In this document: piece after piece, positions 1-10,949 of the stretch | How the letters are laid out: every line of letters begins with the position of its first letter | Position numbering within the stretch: position 1 is the stretch's first letter | Assembly (NCBI RefSeq): GCF_001194135.2 | Contig: NC_068987.1 | Location: 108,662,680-108,719,897 of the forward strand | DNA: 57,218 bases | Direction of reading: 5' to 3' | Origin: Octopus bimaculoides | Lineage: Eukaryota | Notes under the pieces: model-generated | Seen by the model: the letters and a program-made list of their open reading frames with translations, nothing else | Databases searched by the model: none | Told to the model about the DNA's origin: nothing | Program-made: the position numbers and the translations under genes

Positions 1-246
1 TTAAACCATTAACTAGCCAAGAGGGCATCAAACTAGGATTTTGCAAAACATCGTTGTAAAGTTTTGTTAGCAGTTCATGGCTTTCTGGGAAGGCATTCAA
101 CCAGAAGTTAGGAATTTTATCCTTTCCTGGAGACTTCCATTTGCTTGACCTCCTGAGAGCAGATCTTATATCTTCTACCCTGACCCCCTCCCACTTTTGC
201 TCCTCTAAGGAGTCTAGGTCTGTAGCTATTCTATCAATCCAAGGGG
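1..246 (-). mobile_element. R4/Dong-clade non-LTR retrotransposon fragment (5'-truncated, RT N-terminal region; runs off window start)
   Basis: Minus strand reads without a stop WIDRIATDLDSLEEQKWEGVRVEDIRSALRRSSKWKSPGKDKIPNFWLNAFPESHELLTKLYNDVLQNPSLMPSWLVNGL, matching the WKxPGxDxIxNFW...PxWL pattern of R4/Dong RTs. The junction at 246 abuts an (ATT)n tract. Confidence 0.8.
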
Positions 247-306
247 ATTATTATTATTATTATTATTGTTATTATTATTATCATTATTATTATTATTATT
301 ATTATT
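247..306. repeat. (ATT)n microsatellite
   Basis: Near-perfect ATT tandem array. Confidence 0.98.
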
Positions 307-309
307 TTG

Positions 310-395
310 CGTAGTGGAGTCCATCTAATCGACTGGTACCCTCCCAATAAATTTCGGGTCTTGTGCCTAGATTAGGAAAGAATATTCCTTATATG
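310..395 (+). mobile_element. SINE family B, 3' fragment (B2-type tail)
   Basis: atctaatcgactgg...aatttcgggtcttgtgcctaga...aaagaata matches the tail at 44820-44884. Confidence 0.75.
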
Positions 396-697
396 CTTTT
401 CAAAGCACTTAGAAACTCCTCCTAATGCTCCAGTTACCACCGGTATTATCATTACTTTCCTCATGTCTCATTACTTTGCGGAGTAATACTTTACGTTTGA
501 AACGTATCTGACTTATTTGGCGCGTGGGCAAAATCGTTTGTGAGGGAGGTGACGCCAACCTTCCATGCGCAAGAAGGATACACGCAGCATTAGTTTTGAC
601 AGATAAAAATTAAAGATGGATAATTTTTGAACGCACCTTGTATATGCCAATCTACAAGCAATCATCAAGATAATCTTCACAATATCATTCATTAGGT

Positions 698-930
698 AAG
701 GCAACGAGCTGGCAGAAACGTTAGCACGCCAGGAGAAATGCTTAGCGGTATTTCGTCTGCCGTTACGTTCTGAGCTGAAATTCCGCCGAGGTCGACTTTG
801 CCTTTCATCAATTCGGGGTCGATTAAATAAGTACCAGTTACGCACTGGTTTCGATGTAATCAACTTAATCTCTTTGTCTGTCCTTGTTTGTCCCCTCTTT
901 GTTTAGCTCCATGTGGGCAATAAATAAATA
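698..930 (+). mobile_element. SINE family B, full length (B1-type tail)
   Basis: tRNA-like head aaggcaacgagctggcagaaacgttagc, degenerate B box, body gactttgcctttcatc...ggggtcgattaaataagtaccag, tail tttgtctgtccttgtttgtcccc...gggcaataaa. Confidence 0.9.
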
Positions 931-987
931 TACACTAGGTTCTTTATATTTCTACGTTCTTTATATAGTCTCCATCTGATAAAAGAT

Positions 988-1043
988 TTGTGGGTGGATT
1001 TAGTAGACGGAAACTGAAAGAAGCCCGCAATATATACATATGT
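988..1043 (+). mobile_element. SINE family A fragment (end of 5' module), cut by gap
   Basis: gtggatttagtagacggaaactgaaagaagccc followed by TA repeat and N-run. Confidence 0.8.
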
Positions 1044-1539
1044 NNNNNNNNNNNNNNNNNNNNNNNNNNNNNNNNNNNNNNNNNNNNNNNNNNNNNNNNN
1101 NNNNNNNNNNNNNNNNNNNNNNNNNNNNNNNNNNNNNNNNNNNNNNNNNNNNNNNNNNNNNNNNNNNNNNNNNNNNNNNNNNNNNNNNNNNNNNNNNNNN
1201 NNNNNNNNNNNNNNNNNNNNNNNNNNNNNNNNNNNNNNNNNNNNNNNNNNNNNNNNNNNNNNNNNNNNNNNNNNNNNNNNNNNNNNNNNNNNNNNNNNNN
1301 NNNNNNNNNNNNNNNNNNNNNNNNNNNNNNNNNNNNNNNNNNNNNNNNNNNNNNNNNNNNNNNNNNNNNNNNNNNNNNNNNNNNNNNNNNNNNNNNNNNN
1401 NNNNNNNNNNNNNNNNNNNNNNNNNNNNNNNNNNNNNNNNNNNNNNNNNNNNNNNNNNNNNNNNNNNNNNNNNNNNNNNNNNNNNNNNNNNNNNNNNNNN
1501 NNNNNNNNNNNNNNNNNNNNNNNNNNNNNNNNNNNNNNN

Positions 1540-1665
1540 ATATACGATGGGCTTCTTTCAGTTGCAGCCTACCAAATCCACTCACAAGGCTTTGGACGGC
1601 CCGAGGGTATAGTTTTAGACACTTGCCCAAATGTCCCAAGCAGTGGGAGTGAACCCGGAATCATG
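1540..1665 (-). mobile_element. SINE family A, 5' module
   Basis: Reverse complement of the A head (ttgggcaagtgtct...ccttgtgagtggatttgg...gaaagaagccc). Confidence 0.85.
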
Positions 1666-1671
1666 ACTTGG

Positions 1672-1890
1672 TGTCTGTATTTGCCCCTCTACCACCGTTT
1701 TGAAACCGGTGTTTGTGTGCTTGTGTCCCCGTAACTTAGCGGCTTCCCTCAAAAGATTCTAAAAGAATAAGTATAAGGCTCTCAAAAAAATAAGTAGAGG
1801 GGCCGATTCCTTCGACAAAAAACATTTTCCAAGGCGGTGCCCCAGCATCGCCGTAGTAGTCATATGAGTGTAACAAGTATAAGATAAAAG
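1672..1890 (+). mobile_element. SINE family A, diverged 3' module
   Basis: gtccccgtaacttagcgg...gaataagta...ggcggtgccccagcat...aacaagta. Confidence 0.75.
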
Positions 1891-2084
1891 GGAAAATATA
1901 CATAAAAAACACAAAAAAAATGTGAAAGTAGCAAAAAAGTTTAATGAAGAAAAGCCCATTCCGTACAGTTTGATAGGTTCATTGAGTTGTTTGTAAACCA
2001 AATACTTGATGTAATTACGAACTTTGAAAGAAAAGACGGAGATTCTTACTTTGATGTGACAACAAAATAGACGCACATACGTCT

Positions 2085-2164
2085 TAACATGCACGTACAA
2101 ACATACATACACATGTGTATGTGTTTATGCATGAATATAGATACATAGAACAATAAGTGTGTGT

Positions 2165-2200
<36 letters not shown>

Positions 2201-2409
2201 ATTTGCATACATACACACACAAGCATAGACATACATATTGTTTGAAGGAGGATACGTGTGTGTGTATGTATGTATGTACGTATGTATGTATTCAGACACA
2301 CGTACATATATACATACATATATATCTATACATAATATATATATACATATATACATATATATATAAATATACATATATACACATATGTATATATATATAT
2401 TATGTATAG

Positions 2410-2440
<31 letters not shown>

Positions 2441-2530
2441 TATATTATGTATAGATGTATATATGTATGTATATACATGCAAACACATACACACACACAC
2501 ACATTTATATATATATATATATATATAACT
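2085..2530. repeat. Compound (TG)n/(TATG)n/(TA)n/(CA)n microsatellite block
   Basis: Direct reading; explains the ORFs 2084-2559. Confidence 0.95.
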
Positions 2531-2764
2531 CTGCCAGTCAATCTTACAGAGAACTCCATAGGAAATATGGACTGATTCCGAAAATGGTGAGGTGTGAATT
2601 ATAAATTATTAAGGTGGCTATTCGCAATTTAGAACCGAAAGGAACAATTATAGTCGTCATTATGTGACGGAGGGTGCTAGTAAGCTGTGGATACACATGT
2701 ATGTGTATACGTGTGTATGTGTGTGGGTGTGTGTGTATGTGTGTATGTATATATGTGTATACGT

Positions 2765-2912
2765 TTGTGGGTCCGTGTCTGTTCCCCCACCATCACTTGA
2801 CAACTGATGTTGGTGTTTACGTCCCCGTATCTGAGCGGTTCGGCAAAAGCGACCCGATAGAATAAGTACAAGGCTTACAAAGTATGAGTCTTGGGTTCGA
2901 TTTGTTCACCTA
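2765..2912 (+). mobile_element. SINE family A, 3' module
   Basis: cacttgacaactgatgttggtgtttacgtccccgta...gcggttcggcaaaa...gatagaataagtac. Confidence 0.85.
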
Positions 2913-3149
2913 ATGATTGAAACAAATAAAAGAATATATATATACATACACACATACATGCATACATACATACATACATACATGCATACATAATATATGC
3001 ATGCATACACACATACATGCATACATGCATACACACATACACACATACACACATACACACATACATGCATACAATCAGTTTTCTTTTAGTTTTCTCATTC
3101 TTTAGCTATCGGTGTGGATTTTTCTATATTTCAGAGACGATTGAGGCAA

Positions 3150-4130
3150 TAGACCTTTTTCCTGCAGTTTCTGAAGGCCGATTTTTATTCAGTTGGTTCT
3201 GTATAAGAAATTTTCCTTGAAAATTGCAAGTTGAAATTTAATGAAAAAATACTCGTCTTTGATAGAAATTGCTGAGAACCTAAGACTGCTGTAACAAAAT
3301 TATTTAAGATAACCTTGGGGTGGTTAAATTGTTTATATATATTGCTATATGTTTATGTATATATTCTGTAAGGAAAGTCAAATCTGTTATGCAATTTTGA
3401 GATATTCAGTGTTACATCCAGAAAATTTCAGTAATAACTTTAGTATCAATAACTCTAAGAGGACCAAAATAGCTTTTAAAGAGATATACAATTTCCGAAA
3501 TCTATCAGTAAACCGCGTGTTGGAGTTTCTAAGAACCAGATCATCTTTTCGGAACAGACTCCCCAAGAAACAAGGAAATGTACGTCTTGGATTATGAGAT
3601 AAGAATAAATCAATAATATCACAAACCTCGGCGGCGTTGATGGCATCTGTACTAACATTAAAGAGTTTATTTAGAGGATTTTAAGTTCAGATAGAGTGAT
3701 CATAATTAATATCATTTTCCCCAAACTGCATAAATAATATCTCTTTCGGCCTCGATGATATCAGTAATGGAACTAGGAAAATTATGAGTGTTAATAAGTA
3801 AGGGTTTAATTATCGAAGCGTAATAATACTGGATATTAATTTGAACGAATTTAGAATCGATTTATTCGGAAGAGATTGAGATAAATTAATGTCGGCTTAT
3901 GCATTGTTCAGTGGTTAAGAGAGAAACTTCCTAAATTTTTGGGTCTTATCTAAGAGGATCCTATCTTAAGTATTCTTGCTAATTATACCACTGTCCAATT
4001 TAGTAGGATTTATAAGTCTGATGAAGAGATTAATAGGAAAGCTGAGAAGTAGACTTGGAAAGCAAAGTACGTTTCGTTTGGGTCGACGAAATTTCTGGTA
4101 AACATCTGGCCGTAGATATTGATAATATTC
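3150..4130 (-). mobile_element. Penelope-like element reverse transcriptase relic (LYRDDGL type), frameshifted
   Basis: Colinear minus-strand motifs: RLINPTK (3999-4020), FVQINIQYYYASI, LFNV..AAEVCDII (3612-3635), LFRKDDL for LYRDDGL (~3519-3552), NFLDVTLNI (3401-3427), PYR, NHPKVI. Confidence 0.7.
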
Positions 4131-4272
4131 CGTGTATACAATGGAATTTTCCGCTATAATTCACCCCAAAATGTATCCGAACTACGTTGAATGATGAGAA
4201 CAGGTTGAAAAACAGGGTTTTAAATAATTAGTATAATTCTCATTTTCTTTTTCGAATATCTATTTATCTATA

Positions 4273-4594
4273 GGCACAGGAGTGGCTGTGTGGTAAGTAG
4301 CTTACATTGTAAATATAATCAAATTATTATTGTATATTTAAAATTGTAAATATTTAATCGATACAGCTACTTCACCCCTTTTATGTTTGTCTGTCCTTGT
4401 TCATCCCCTCTTTGTAATGCCTTTATGGCAAATATTTATGAAATAAAGTAACTTGCCTACCAACTACATGGTACCGGGTCCAGTCCCACTGCATGACAGC
4501 TTGGGCAAGTGTCTTCTACTATAACCTCGGGCCAACCAAAGCCTTGTGAGTGGATTTGGTAGACGGAAACTGAAAGAAGCCCGTCTTATATATG
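4273..4594 (+). mobile_element. SINE family A 5' module interrupted by a 142-bp insertion (4304-4445)
   Basis: A box tggctgtgtgg; aagtagctt/aagtaactt duplication at 4295-4303 and 4446-4454; the insert ends in a family-B1-like tail. Confidence 0.85.
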
Positions 4595-4935
4595 NNNNNN
4601 NNNNNNNNNNNNNNNNNNNNNNNNNNNNNNNNNNNNNNNNNNNNNNNNNNNNNNNNNNNNNNNNNNNNNNNNNNNNNNNNNNNNNNNNNNNNNNNNNNNN
4701 NNNNNNNNNNNNNNNNNNNNNNNNNNNNNNNNNNNNNNNNAAACCATACAAAATCTTATGCATCGGTACACGAAAACATAAACTGAGATAACAATTCCAT
4801 TTTCTATTGTATTTCATTGAAATCACTAACAATTTTCATCTGAATATATATTATAAATTTTAAAATATTTGAATGTTTGTGCTCGTAGACAGACACAAAC
4901 ACATACACACACATACATATTTATATATATACATA

Positions 4936-5088
4936 TATACGACGGGCTTCTTTCAGTTTCCGTCTACCAAATCCACTCACAAGGCTTTGGTTGGCCCGAG
5001 GCTATAGTAGAAGGCACTTGCCCAAGGTGCCACGCAGTGGGATTGAACCCGGAACCATGTGGTTGGTAAGCAAGCTACTTACCACACA
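4936..5088 (-). mobile_element. SINE family A, 5' module (young)
   Basis: Near-consensus reverse complement of the head at 33265-33415. Confidence 0.92.
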
Positions 5089-5091
5089 TAT

Positions 5092-5486
5092 GGAGATGTA
5101 TTTGCATAGCAAGTACCCTGATCTGAGATCGTGTGTGCTGGATAAAAAAGAATAACAGAATGGAAATTTTTTATAAGCCATTTTAAACGCACAAAAACCG
5201 TTAGATTCACTGTAATATTTTAATGTAATTTGTCAAAATATTTTCGTCGCTTTGAGACCGCGACCTTTTCACTGAGAAAATTCCGTGCTGCACGGAATTC
5301 TGTCAGTGAACAGGAAGTGGAAGTTATGGAAGCCAAAAGTTCCATGCAGCACGGAATTTTGTCGGTGAACAGGTCGCAGTCTCAAAGCGGCGAAAATATT
5401 TTGGCAAATTAAATTTAAATGTTAAAGTGAATCTAATGGTTTTTATGTGTTTTAAAGGGCTTATAAATACCTTCAACACTGCAATT

Positions 5487-5489
<3 letters not shown>
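5092..5489. mobile_element. Foldback/MITE element with long inverted arms
   Basis: 5171-5292 and 5345-5466 are ungapped inverted repeats (15 mismatches in 122 nt); another copy of the arm at 56110-56280. Confidence 0.85.
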
Positions 5490-5525
<36 letters not shown>

Positions 5526-5526
5526 T

Positions 5527-5856
5527 TGGTACAGGACGTCGACAACTGTAAACAACATGAAGTACGACAAAAACAAACGAGTTCAATACGCAAATTACGA
5601 AAGATAAAATGGAAAACAGGACAAGTAACAAAAGGAACGACCCTTCATCAGTTGTTGGTTGTCTATCTACTCCTGATTTCTAGCATTCAACGACAATATG
5701 CTCCCATAACGTCCCAAATAAAATTTTGCATTTATGGAGGGTCAAATTTAAGAACAAAAACAAGACGTCCGGTTTTTCAATTTTTATTTGTTTGCGTATC
5801 CAACTCCTTTGTTTACGTTCTTCATGTTATTTACAGTTGGGGACGTCCTATACCCA
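5527..5856. mobile_element. Foldback MITE between TA-rich microsatellites
   Basis: Termini ggtacaggacgtc (5528-5540) and gacgtcctatacc (5842-5854); inverted similarity continues ~90 nt inward; related end at ~13990. Confidence 0.7.
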
Positions 5857-5873
5857 TATATGCATATATACAT

Positions 5874-5909
<36 letters not shown>

Positions 5910-6211
5910 GTGTGTGTGTGTGTTGTGTGCATGTATATATATTGTTGTATTTCGGGATGATCTTGTTTTTGGCCAAATAACCACACGCACTATAATTTTT
6001 TTCTTCACTCGTTCATTACTGTTCTTATTTTATTATTTTAACTCATGTCCATTGTCCGGAAACCTTTCGTCATACATCTGTGATCCCTTCAGTGACATTT
6101 TTCGCTTTCGTGTTTGTTCTTGTTCTACTTACTCCATTCTCTCCACAATACCTGTTTCAACACACGCTTTCACATTAGAAATCTTGCAAAACGAACTGAT
6201 AAACTTACACA

Positions 6212-6310
<99 letters not shown>

Positions 6311-9300
6311 TAAAATGAAGCAACGAAGCCAAGGCTGTGTGGAATTTTCGGAGCGTTTGACTACTATTTTAAAAAGAATCTTCGTTAACGATAATGATTT
6401 TATTTTTCCTTTTACAAATATCATTTCAATTAACTAACAATTCTTAAAGGCTCACTCCAATGAAAATATGGTCTTGCTCTTAACTAGGTCTTTTTATTTC
6501 GTGCAAACATACTATGTAATGAGCATCGCTCTATATTTAGGGCGGAATGTGCTGAATTTCAGAAGATAGCACAATTTGGGAAAAGGAGCTAATCGAAATT
6601 TGATATAAAGAGACAGGAAAAGACGATTGAAGACACTGGACCAGAATGGAGATGGTATGTAACTAGGAAATTCTGTAAAGCACCACACTCGTCGAAGGCA
6701 AAGTGTTTTGCAGTTTATAATTGGCGCGCCGCAGGATGGGACAGAACCTGAGGCTACATAGCTACGAAGCGAACCTCTTAACTATATAGTATTTCTACCG
6801 CTATATGTCCATGCACACTCGTATATATATATATATATATATACTTTTGTGTGTGTGTGTGTATGTGTGTGGCTATGTATGTATGTATGTATGTATGTAT
6901 GCATAGTGCTGACCTTACTGCAATATATTTTATGCATACCTTCTGTGCCTTTGCGCGTAAACGTGAGAAAAATCTGTTCTTTTTTATCCTGAATACATAA
7001 CATCGAATAGTGACAACTGTTTAAAATTATACACACTCACACATAAATGTGTATACACACATGTACGTGCTTGTATACAGACACACACATACATACACAG
7101 ACAGATAGACACAGACAGACACGCGCGCGCGCGCACATCATACACATATGTGCACATTCATACATATATTTGTACGTACATTTATGCATACATACAAACA
7201 TACATACATACATACCGTTGAGGACAGATCGTATTTGCAAGCTGCACGCTATTTTACTCGCTATTCGCTAGAGGTGTCCCATTTATAATCCTCTACCACT
7301 CGATTTACGCGCTTTCGAACAAATTACGAAATTGCATCTGACTCTAATTACATAATTAGCTAACTCGTAATGCACAATTAGCCTGAACCTAAATGAAAAC
7401 TACCCTAACCTCCAAACAATTCTAGCTAACTTCCTTACAATACTCAAACAAATTCTTTTGGTCCTTACTCTACTTATGTATTTACAGTTTTCTGCCATAC
7501 CTACCCTGTACAAATTATATCTAGTTCAACAGTATACAAACTCTGTCGATCTATAGAGAAACTCGTCTTTTTCATTATAACAGTAGTACAATAGCTTACA
7601 CTTTATACCTCATGTACGAAAACATCTCTGCTTGAAGCAACCTCCCTTCCATCGCACTTAAACAATACCCTGTAAAGCTTTCCTACATTCTTACATGATA
7701 CATTAATTTCTCCTCTCTTACTCGCTGCGTATATGTGCATGTGTGTGTGCGTGCGTGTGTTTTGTTTATTTCTATGTAGGTATGTCAACACGCATGTATG
7801 CGTATGCATACATGTATGTGCGTAAACACACGCGGCGGTGGGGGGGGTCGTGTGCATGAATACCATTGTATATGTGGAACATTGCATATGCTGTGCGTCG
7901 TGAAGGTTTGACGTATTTTGAGAATGCCTTTGATAGCTTGCAGCTGTAATATCTTGGATTGGACGTATTGTTTTTGGTTATGTATGTATGTATGTATGTA
8001 TGCATGTATGTATGTATTCATGTATATATGTATGTTTGTATGTATGTAAGCGAACTGTTATGAGTCCCAACGTTTCTAGATGTCACCACACTCTTCATCG
8101 ACATCAAGCGGGTCGTTGAAGTGTTACGACTCATTTGCTGTCACGTCCCATTTACAATGCTCAATACTTTGCAGATGAGATCGTCCTTAATTCCTGTTTA
8201 ACCTTCTTTGTGCAGAAGTCATCAACATTCAACTTACACTCTTCGTATCAACTCTGCACCACCTAAATGAATAGAAACCTCGAAAACAATCTCTATTTAA
8301 AAATGATATGAGAATCTCGTCTTTTCAACAATATGAAGATACAGTTACTATATAACGATAAAAAAACATATGATGCCTCACCTTCTCTAACCCCAGAGAA
8401 AATGCAGTTATTACGAAGTATTGCTAAACACTAGATTTAGTCATACTAATGGAAAGTATTGCTAAAGTTAAACTTCACACGTGTGACTAACTTACATAAT
8501 ATAACTACATCATATCATTGCATCGTCCGAGCTACACCTCTGTTTTACAACAGGAAAATACTTAAATCGCCAAACTAAAGTTGACGTTCTCTAAATAAAT
8601 CAAAAGTTGGTTTGACGGTAATTCATTGCTCAAATATTGGAAACGATGCTGTTACTATGCGCAACATATCTAAGATCATATCTGATTGAGAGCCAACTGG
8701 ATGACCCACGATGATTCAGATTCATCTACTTACTTCAACCTCTCGCTCACATACGCCGGGTCACGCTACTTTTTCAACTACGACCACAACATTATCTGCT
8801 CCTCAGATTTAACCCCTTTCATACTGCATTTATCCATTTCCTTCTGCCTCTCGCGACTCAATCTGTGTCCACCTTACACAACACTACCGAATTTAGACTT
8901 GAAGAACCCTAGGTAACATAAAGCTAGGAGTTCAATGTTTAACAAATTAATCCAGGTTTCACAAAATTTAAAAACATTTTCACCCTTTAATTATCTTGAG
9001 CCATCCGCAGATTTTGAGGCCTTAAACTAAAGTTTTTCTTCAGCTGAGATCTAAATACAGCATTCTTTCTCAAGCTATGCACTAACCATTTCTCATTCCT
9101 CCTACTCCAAAGGCCTGCACTTTAGAATTCCTTAATGTCTATACCGTTGTTGCTCTTTTTCTAGTAATAAGTCAACTCTGAAAGAGTAAGCTCATGATGA
9201 ATGTGTTCCAGCAGTGACCATCTTATTATTTTTACGTGTCAAAACTTGAATCTTACGATTTGTTTCTCTAAAAGACACTAAAGTATATTTTGGGGGATTT

Positions 9301-9414
9301 TGTTACTATTTCTAGTAGGCCATATGATCGTATAAAGTCCTCTTCATCGTCCTGACCCGTCAACTTGGAATTGAACATCAATTGCATAACTTTTACCAGA
9401 TAACCTGCAAATAT

Positions 9415-9665
9415 GAAAGCCATATTTCATCACGACAATGCCAAACCGCACCCTTCTTTGCAGGCGTCGCAGAAGCCACTGCGGCTTCGCTGCGAACTTT
9501 TCCGTACTCGCCATATTCAGCAGACCTCACGCCTTCAGATTTCCATCTGTTTCGTTCTGTTCAAAATTTGTTGAATGGACAAATCATCACCTCTGAAGAG
9601 GATGTAAAAATTCACTTGGAAGGGTTTTTCGGCACTAAAGATAGAAAATACTTTGAGTTAGAAAA
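9415..9665 (+). mobile_element. mariner transposase C-terminal relic
   Basis: IFHHDNAKPH followed after a frameshift by YSPYSADLTPSDFHLFRSVQNLLNG, the mariner YSPDLAPxD region. Confidence 0.9.
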
Positions 9666-10397
9666 CGTTAGTAACTATTTTACTTTTGAAGGCCACATGG
9701 AATTAAATGTAATCAAATAAATCAGCATTAAGGAAAAGTTCATTAACTATGCAGAAAAATACAATTAATTTTAATAGTAAAATTATGAATATTAAAGTAT
9801 GAAATCGAAATGTAAACTGACCTTTTAATGACGCTGTTTAAATTGCTTTTGCAGGGCAGCAACTGGATATTTGGTGTCAACGTAGACGACCGAAGTTTTA
9901 AATGGCATTCCCCGTGCATATCACATATCTGTTATTAAGCATCTTAAAAGCATTTATATTTGGGTTAGGTAACCGAAGGTGGATTCATATCAATTGGAGA
10001 GTTTGAGAAAACAAGAAAGCATTCGTCGTGCATATATTAGTATAAGGGTGCGTGTGTCCTATTGCCAATTCCTATATTTCAGTATTTGTATCGGAGAACT
10101 GAAAATATCGTCTTCTGATATCTCAGTATTTTCTATTTCAATTCTACCTGTTGCTCTTCAGGTAGATGTATGAGAGACACTACACAGGTGTGGTTGAAAT
10201 GCTAATTTTAGCCTGAAGCATATTTCGGTTAGTATTTCGTTATATTCTACAAAACGTAGGTATAGAGAAACAGTGTAATGTTCAGAAGATTCAAATATAA
10301 ACTCTGCAGTTTCCCAATCGTCTAACTAAACTGAGTAAAGCATCAGGGAAAACTTCCATTTAAGTAAAAATATATTTGAGAAAAAAACCAAACTTTA

Positions 10398-10535
10398 TGA
10401 GGGAGCGCTGCAAGTTTCCTGCCTCTAAGTGTATCGCGAAAGGCCTAGTTGGAGGCCCAACCTTCCAAATTCATTTACAGGCCTTAGAAAAAACTGAAGG
10501 ACCGCTACAATAAGTTTGTGAGTGAGAGAGGGGAT
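10398..10535 (+). mobile_element. mariner-derived MITE, left part, truncated by a SINE
   Basis: ta|tgagggagcgctgcaagtttcc is a mariner-like terminus; internal LKDRYNKFVSERG resembles the transposase end LxxRWxKCVxxxG. Confidence 0.55.
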
Positions 10536-10544
10536 TACTCGTAT

Positions 10545-10808
10545 ACTCCTTACTCTTTTACTCTTTTACTCTTTTACTTGTTTCAGTCATTTGATTGCGG
10601 TCTTGCTGGAGCACCGCTTTTAGTCGAGTAAATCGCCCCCAGGACTTATTCTTTGTAAGCCGAGTACTTATTCTATAGTTCTCTTTTGCCGAACCGCTAA
10701 GTTACGGCTACGTAAACACACAACCATCGGTTGTCAAGTGATGTTGGGAGGACAAACACAGACACAAAAACATATATACACACATACATATATATACACA
10801 TATACGAC
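10545..10808 (-). mobile_element. SINE family A, 3' module plus internal microsatellite, head missing
   Basis: (actcttt)n tail, ttgtttcagtcatttga...ggagcaccgc; similarity stops at tatacgacg. Confidence 0.9.
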
Positions 10809-10949
10809 GAAAGTTATCTGTTGTTTATGACGCATCATTTTTTTGTACAGCTCAATATAGGAACAGATCGCATTATGGACTCCTGTTGTAATGTTTATGT
10901 TACATTCACAATTAGGATCGCTATTAACAAAATATTGAAGACCTTCCTC

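Noticed and set aside
513-863. 116-aa minus-strand ORF (and similar ones at 19181, 44510, 46070)
   Set aside because: Antisense or partial readings of SINE family B; the same peptide recurs at each copy.
8050-9130. AC-rich block with an FLDVTTLF word suggesting a Penelope RT (similar skewed blocks at 7270-7600, 51850-52440)
   Set aside because: Could not find further motifs in order; too decayed to call by eye.
10150-10167. ttgctcttcag|gtagat recursive-splice-like site
   Set aside because: Poor donor consensus; expected by chance.
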